The notes under the pieces are model-generated. The model did not search any database, was not told the DNA's origin, and saw only the letters and a list, made by a program, of their open reading frames with translations. Both the position numbers and the translations under genes were made by a program. This document shows positions 57,630-64,000 of a stretch of DNA of 64,000 nt, in pieces; position 1 is the stretch's first letter; each line of letters opens with the position of its first letter. The DNA comes from Rhodosorus marinus CCMP1338 (taxonomy: Eukaryota > Plantae > Rhodophyta), in the NCBI GenBank assembly GCA_029953675.1, contig JAMWBK010000004.1, positions 744,001 through 808,000 on the forward strand, given 5' to 3'.

Positions 57630-58400
57630 GATGAGCTTTGAGTTTCATCTAGACTATCTTGAGTATAGCCGTGAACTCTGAGCTGCACTTTCAGAGGCAC
57701 AATCGATGACAAGGAGGCCTCGATGAGAATGCTCACCAACGCGACTAAACAACGCGTAGAACGGAGTTTTGGCGCAGCTGACGAAGCAGGAGGAGCTCCT
57801 GGTGCAGATTCAGGAGGTAGATCGGTCGATCCTCGTTGCGGAGGAGAACATTGGGAAATACTACTGGGAGATAGACCTGGAGCAAGTCGCTATAGACGAG
57901 TGCAAGAAGAAGATGCGCTCAGTTGATATTCGAAACGGTCTGGAGTTTACGAGCTTCGCCATGAACGTCTTCGACACTGGTTTCCTTCATGACGCGAGTC
58001 ATGTCAAAGCCTGGGATCTCTTCAACCAGCTCGAAGTCCGACTAGACAAAAACCGCGTTCAAGGGTATTGAAAAGTTCAGCAGGTTCAAGTTCAAATCGG
58101 TAGTCGACCTCGCCTTCGGATCTACTTCACTGGAAGCTACATGACTTCAAACTTTGCTGACTCCCTTGAAGACTCTATACCGATCATTTGCAACTCGTTC
58201 TCGCGGGAAGAAACAATCACTCCCTCGCCGATGCCGTCAGTCGAAGCGGCGCCAACCTCAACTCCGGACGCATAGAGGAGACGAGGACTTCAACACGGCC
58301 CTGGTCGGAGATGCTCGAGATGGATTGGGATTGGTCCGATAAGCTGAAGAGGACGCAGTGGAAGAGGCCATAAAGCGTTACAGTGAGCTCCAGCAAGAAA
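57630..58400 (+). pseudogene. Possible decayed coiled-coil-like coding remnant
   Basis: ORF 57769-58071 (LTKQEELLVQIQEVDRSILVAEENIGKY...) has protein-like composition, but the neighbouring frames are broken. No family assigned. Confidence 0.3.
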
Positions 58401-59187
58401 TCTGTAATCCTCAACCTCACAGCCGCCGTCCTGACTAGAAATTTGGTGGGGGCCAAGGTACTGCCGTCTCTAAGAGCTGCCTGGCATGTGTCTAGGTAGT
58501 ATCTTCTTGAATATTGCAAGTAGTCGACCTAGCCGCAGAGGATTCGAGGCAATGACAAACAAAATAATTTTACTGTAGCAAACACAAGAGTTTCAACACA
58601 GATCCGCCTCCTAGTCTATCCATGAATCCGACTCGAAGAGGAAGGCTGCGTTGACGTCCTCTTCGAAGTTAGAGCTTTTTTATATCTCCATGGATGGAGG
58701 GAAGATTGCTCTCAGAATTTCCCTGCCTTAAAAGCGCTGTGCGACTCGGACAATGACTCCCCCTTGAGTTCCACGGAGACATAAAATACCTGTTACTTTA
58801 AAAACCAGCAGTTCCAGGTGGTTTTACTAGTCAAGGTGATTCTGCTAGAGAACCCTGACCAGGATGCTATCACAGCGCGCTGGCGCTCAAGCGAAGTATA
58901 TACAGAATCAGAGGCCCATGTCCTCCGCCGTCTCTATGCAAGCCAAAGACGAGAGAATGGAGCATTGACCTATTGTCTTTCCCTTACTTCTGTGCGCTAC
59001 AGGGCCTTAAACAAGTAGAGAAGGTAGTTGGGCCTCCTCATGTTTTCTTTTAGGGGGTTTTGTAGGAATCAGGCAAACTACTTGAGTTTGTCCGGGGGCT
59101 TACGGGGCCAATGCATTTTTAACTGAAAATCTCAACGCCGGTTTACCAACAAGATCTTGTAATCGGATCGCAACCCTTGTCACCACT

Positions 59188-62100
59188 TCAAGAGCAAATG
59201 CATTCAGTTGCATTGGGTCCAACTTCCTGTTCCCCGCCAACATGTAGAAAACCAATTATTTGTGAGCAAGCCGGGTCGCCTTCATCTCCTGCAAACCACA
59301 TACAACTTGATACAAAACTCACGGCTCCAGACGGGCAGTTTGCGGTTGCAAAGTCAACTATATTCACGCAGCGCTGAATAGACGAATCGCGACACTCTCC
59401 AGGATTGATGCAACTGCACTCGCAAGACTCCGACGGAACTCCAACCTAAAGCGCGAAAGGACGTGATCACAAAGGGATTCGGCAATGATTCAGATTGACA
59501 ATTTCCGAAAAAAAAGTCAGCCGTTGTCCGATCGGAGGCAAATGCAGATGAGATACAGGTTACGTACGCATGACGTCCCCGGAATAACAAAGTCGCCTGC
59601 GCTGTGGCAGTTCCCGTTGATAAGGCACTCGGAATTTGGGCAACAGTCGCACTTCCCGGTGCTCGGCCTTCGAAAAACCTACGGAACAGATTTTACAAAG
59701 GCATCCCCTCTGTTCAGCTAAACAACGACTGAGTAATCCGCAATTTCACCCGAGCTTCCTAACGTACGTTGCCTTCCGACCCACAGAAATCCGTCATGCC
59801 TAGGCCAACACATTCCGCAACTCCCCCATTCCCTGGGTCGAGGGCACATTGCTCCTCCAATGGAAGGCAATCACACGTGCATTCACCGGTCTCAGGTAGT
59901 CGAAACTGTTGAAAAGAAGCAAAAGAATGCAAGAACGTCCCTTCAATTACGATATGCTTCCTCATCTGCCAATCAAGTGCAAAATATCGCGCGCTAGGAC
60001 TCACGGCTCCAAATACACAAGCATTCTCAGTTGAATACGTCTGAGCGAGCTTGCACAATCCAGTAACGGGATCAACGCACTCGTCAACACCACAAGAGCA
60101 AATGCATTCAGTTGCATTGGGTCCAACTTCCTGTTCCCCGCCAACAAGTAGAAAACCAATTAAATGTGAGCAAGCCGGGTTGCCTTCATCTCCCGCAAAC
60201 CACATACAACTTGATACAAAACTCACGGCTCCAGACGGGCAGTTTGCGGTTGCAAAGTCAACTATATTCACGCAGCGCTGAATAGACGAATCGCGACACT
60301 CTCCAGGATTGATGCAACTGCACTCGCAAGACTCCGACGGAACTCCAACCTAAAGCGCGAAAGGACGTGATCACAAAGGGATTCGGCAATGATTCAGATT
60401 GACAATTTCCGAAAAAAAAGTCAGCCGTTGTCCGATCGGAGGCAAATGCAGATGAGATACAGGTTACGTACGCATGACGTCCCCGGAATAACAAAGTCGC
60501 CTGCGCTGTGGCAGTTCCCGTTGATAAGGCACTCGGAATTTGGGCAACAGTCGCACTTCCCGGTGCTCGGCCTTCGAAAAACCTACGGAACAGATTTTAC
60601 AAAGGCATCGCCTCTGTTCAGCTAAACAACGACTGAGTAATCCGCAGTTTCACCCGAGTTTTCTAACGTACGTTGCCCTCTGAACCACAGAAATCGTTCA
60701 TGGCTATGTCAACGCATTCCGCACCACCACCGTTCACTGGTTCAAGGGTGCATTTTTCCTCTACTGGAAGGCAATCACATGCGCATTCGCCGGTCTCAGG
60801 TACTAGGAACTGTTGAAAAGAAGCGAAAGCAGGGAAGAACGGCCAATCAGTTACGATGCGCGTCTCCTGCGGAACTTGGATCGAACCCGACCAAGTTTTA
60901 AATTGCTTGATAACATCCTTGGGAACAGGAACAGCGGAGTAGTCCAAGCGAAAAACAGGTACGAGCCTTCTAGAGAGAGGGAAACACTCACCGCAGAACC
61001 AAGGGGACAGTTTTCGGTTCCAAATTCTGAGATCGTTTTGCATCTCTTAACTCCGGATGCGTCGGTCGTCGAACAGTTGGGCGTGGTACAGCACTCGCAA
61101 ACACCGTCATCTCTCACGGTAGTGTTTCCGTCCTAGCAAGTCAGAATAACCCCAACAACAGACGTTTCAGTGCATGCGAGGCACACGCACGCAATAACAA
61201 ATACTTCAATTCTTAGAAAAGGTGATCAAACTTACGCAGCCAGTAACTAACGATTGATCTAGACAGACGCTCGAGTTCTCTGGGTCAATGCAACTGACCA
61301 AGGAGTCACAGCAGGCGCAGCTACCATCTTCCGCGATGTAGACCTATTGGAGTGGATTTAGATGCGCAATATTCAGTTCAGCACCGTGCCTTCCCGCCTT
61401 GGAACACGAAGAAGGGAAAGTAAGTAAAATGAGGACAACGCTCACAGCAGACGTAGGGGCACAATCAGAATAATCTGCCTTCGCAATACACCTAGGTACT
61501 CCTATTTCATCCGTGATCCTGCAGCTGTCCGGTGGGTTACAGCACTCGCAAAACCCTTCACTGTCTATACCAGCACTCTAATAGGACAAAACGACAATCT
61601 CTTTTCCGTCAGTAGCTAGTAGATAGGGCCACACGGATTCCTTTCCTCGACATAGGGCCATCGAGCTTACGCATCCTTTTTCACTTTCAAAAAACGATCT
61701 CGCTGCACAGAGGTTTTTTTCGGGTGGTCTAATGTCGGGTGGCAAGAAGCACGCAACGACTAAGCCACAACAGGCGCACCTGTAAAGCGGGGGAAGGGTT
61801 GTATACGGCTGCGAGGAGGTTCGAAAACATGCACCATTTAGCTACTGCATTCTGTTTCCAAATCAGATAAGGGTGAAAACAAATGCGAGCAGTTGCTCAC
61901 CGCCATATCGGGTCCATCGCACGTTTCAGCGTGCGGAGTACATATAGTCGGTGGTCCGTTCGTAGGCGTAAATAAGCAATTCGGTCCTTGTACGTCACAG
62001 CATTCGCATACGCTACTACTTCCCACCACGGCGCTCTAGAGCAAAAAACCAAAAACGTAGCAGCTTCTTTCTTTCAGCAGCATGACGGCTGTCATAGGCA

Positions 62101-62998
62101 GGCAAGTCCTTGCCAGCGTATGCATAAACTTACATCTAGACATCCACCCTCATCCCCATAGTCTGATGTAGACATACACCGGCTCAGGTCATCTGGGTCG
62201 AAACACTCATTTTCCGAGGCAAGGCAACAGGCACAGTTGTAGGATGTGTTGATATAGCCCTTTGGGTATAGCGGAGAATACACTCTTTAAGCGATGGAGC
62301 GAGATTCCGAGAAAAGCTGATATTCTCACCTCGGAGGTTTCAGCACATGTCGAGCTCCCGAAAGCTTCCGGGGAAAGACATTCTCCTCCAGACGCGCACA
62401 AGCCTGTGACGCAGCAGCTCTTTAGCATTTGGCATACTGTGATGTTGGGACCAGTGGCTTGCCTAATCACGCAGGCGCCATCTGGACCCGGATCCATTGG
62501 TTTCATCTCCGCCCTGATAGTGGTTGAATCTGGTCCTTCGATGATGGCATGGGCGATGATTGATAGAGACGGGACGTCACAGCACCCAAGCTCATTTGCT
62601 TGTATATCATTGGCGCAGAAGATAATGGACAGCTTTCGCACCTCAGTGTCCGCAGCAAGGCCCCTATTCGCCAAGTAATTGGTCTTGTTCTTCCGCTTTG
62701 GGTAATTCACTGGTATCGGAATGAGAGACTCCTCGGCGAAGATCCCCGCCCGTACCGATACCAGGTCAGCATCGTTCGACAAGAAGGTAATCCTCACACA
62801 GTTTTCCCCATCCCTCTCTTTGTTTCGAACCCGAACCTGACCAACAACTTCTCCATTGTACACGAGGTCTCGGTTAAAGCCCTCCACGAACTCCAGCGCT
62901 ATGGTGGTGTCAACGTCCGCGCAGGTGTTCGGACCGAACTGTGCCGCAACGAAGGCAGCAAACAGCGGCAACACGAGGATACTGAACACCAACCTCAT
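59188..62998 (-). CDS. 15-exon secreted protein (~785 aa): signal peptide, N-domain and tandem six-cysteine modules, one per exon
   Basis: Exons read by hand: 62998-62330, 62259-62134, 62035-61901, 61808-61671, 61577-61446, 61343-61236, 61132-60992, 60809-60672, 60582-60472, 60349-60227, 60130-60005, 59905-59768, 59678-59568, 59445-59323, 59226-59188 (TGA). All 14 introns are GT..AG, 70-182 nt and phase 0, and the spliced frame has no internal stop. Confidence 0.85.
59190..60830. repeat. Internal tandem duplication with 904-bp period inside the Cys-module gene
   Basis: 59190-59770 is almost identical to 60094-60674, introns included. The flanking exon pair 59905-59768 / 60809-60672 is visibly more diverged. 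Confidence 0.92.
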
Positions 62999-63124
62999 TG
63001 CTGATCAGAACTCTCACAAGACAAGTTCCCACTTCCACCTCAACCCTCGCCCCAACCAAGCAAAAAGATCATACCAAAAACGGCAAAAAAATCCAAAAGC
63101 TTCTCGTTCGGCTTCCTCCCACAA

Positions 63125-63338
63125 CCCCTGCACACCAAAATGGTCGACACCTCTCTCCTCACACACCTCGTCTACCGTTTGCGTGGTTTATATAGACGAG
63201 AACAAACGGGCAGAAGTGTGTGACCAAATCAAACTCCACGGTTTTCGCTCGTTTATTTCTTTCCTGTTGGCGGGTCGTTCAGGTTGTCAATTTCTTACCC
63301 ACCTCTCCTACCCCAGCCCCTGCACACCAAAATGGTCG
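63125..63338. promoter_or_regulatory. Exact 22-bp direct repeat upstream of the Cys-module gene (63125-63146 and 63317-63338)
   Basis: cccctgcacaccaaaatggtcg occurs twice. The regulatory role is only inferred from position. Confidence 0.35.
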
Positions 63339-64000
63339 CCGCGCTCTGCGGGGTGGGGGAACCCTCAAACTAAATATCTTGCAACTGGTCTTTTGATTAA
63401 TAGACACCCTTAACCGGAGCTAACAGAGAGAAATTTCTCTCCAACTTCCCCGCTTCCAAGCAAGGGGATGAACCATATCGGACACAATACCTTTTCCTTT
63501 TTGGGGGTGGTGTACTTGACAACAACTCCCCATTCCTCTCCCGAAAGATTCGAGACCGGAAAAACGTTTTTTAGGAAAAATATAGACGACTTCTAGTGTA
63601 CCCAGTTCTCTGGCGTTCAGCTTAAGGCTATGTTAGTAAACTACCACTTCTCGATTGGAGGCTTTCCAAATCCTTCCTCAGCAACTCTATATCGAGCAAT
63701 TGTCTTCTAGGAGAGATCCCTGCAGAGTTTACCTTCTTATCATCTCCCTTGGGAAGAAAAAATGTCCTCTTTGAAAAAGGTTTGGAATGCTAAAAAAGCT
63801 GAACAAGTCACTATTGCAACCTTTGTTCGCATCATCTAGCCCGAGGAAAAGATGGTTTGGAAAGGGGGAGAGTGCGATGATGTGAAAACCTTTGATAGGA
63901 ACTTGCGAGCTCACATCCAACCCGATGAGGAAGGCCAGCAATCAGATCGCCATACTGATTCTCTGAGTGGCAAAGCAGACAAGCTACACCACCACCCCCT

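Noticed and set aside
59100-60900. CRISPR-like or spacer array interpretation of the repeated blocks
   Set aside because: The repeats are a 904-bp exon-intron duplication. There are no short constant repeats with unique spacers and no cas genes.

Overview
Eukaryotic nuclear DNA with short GT-AG introns, LTR and non-LTR retroelement debris, and no operons. A red alga is the best inference, from the GH86 porphyranase-like gene, the bZIP type and mostly intronless genes; this is not proven. Host genes: two head-to-head amino-acid permease paralogs, a bZIP-like factor, two coiled-coil paralogs plus a pseudogene, a signal-peptide GH86 beta-porphyranase/agarase-like enzyme, and two signal-peptide proteins with RTX-type Ca2+-binding nonapeptides (plus a third fragment at the left edge). 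There is also a 15-exon secreted protein (59188-62998, minus) missed by the ORF track. Its internal exons are all phase 0-0 and each encodes exactly one six-cysteine module. It shares an unnamed N-terminal domain with the RTX proteins. The intergenic space holds one near-full-length but decayed two-ORF CRE/R2-type non-LTR retrotransposon and about 30 5'-truncated 3'-end fragments of two related REL-endonuclease families (here A and B), often joined end to end. Several LTR-element fragments have been turned into fold-back inverted repeats. All coordinates and alignments were read by eye; repeat boundaries are approximate and no database searches were run.
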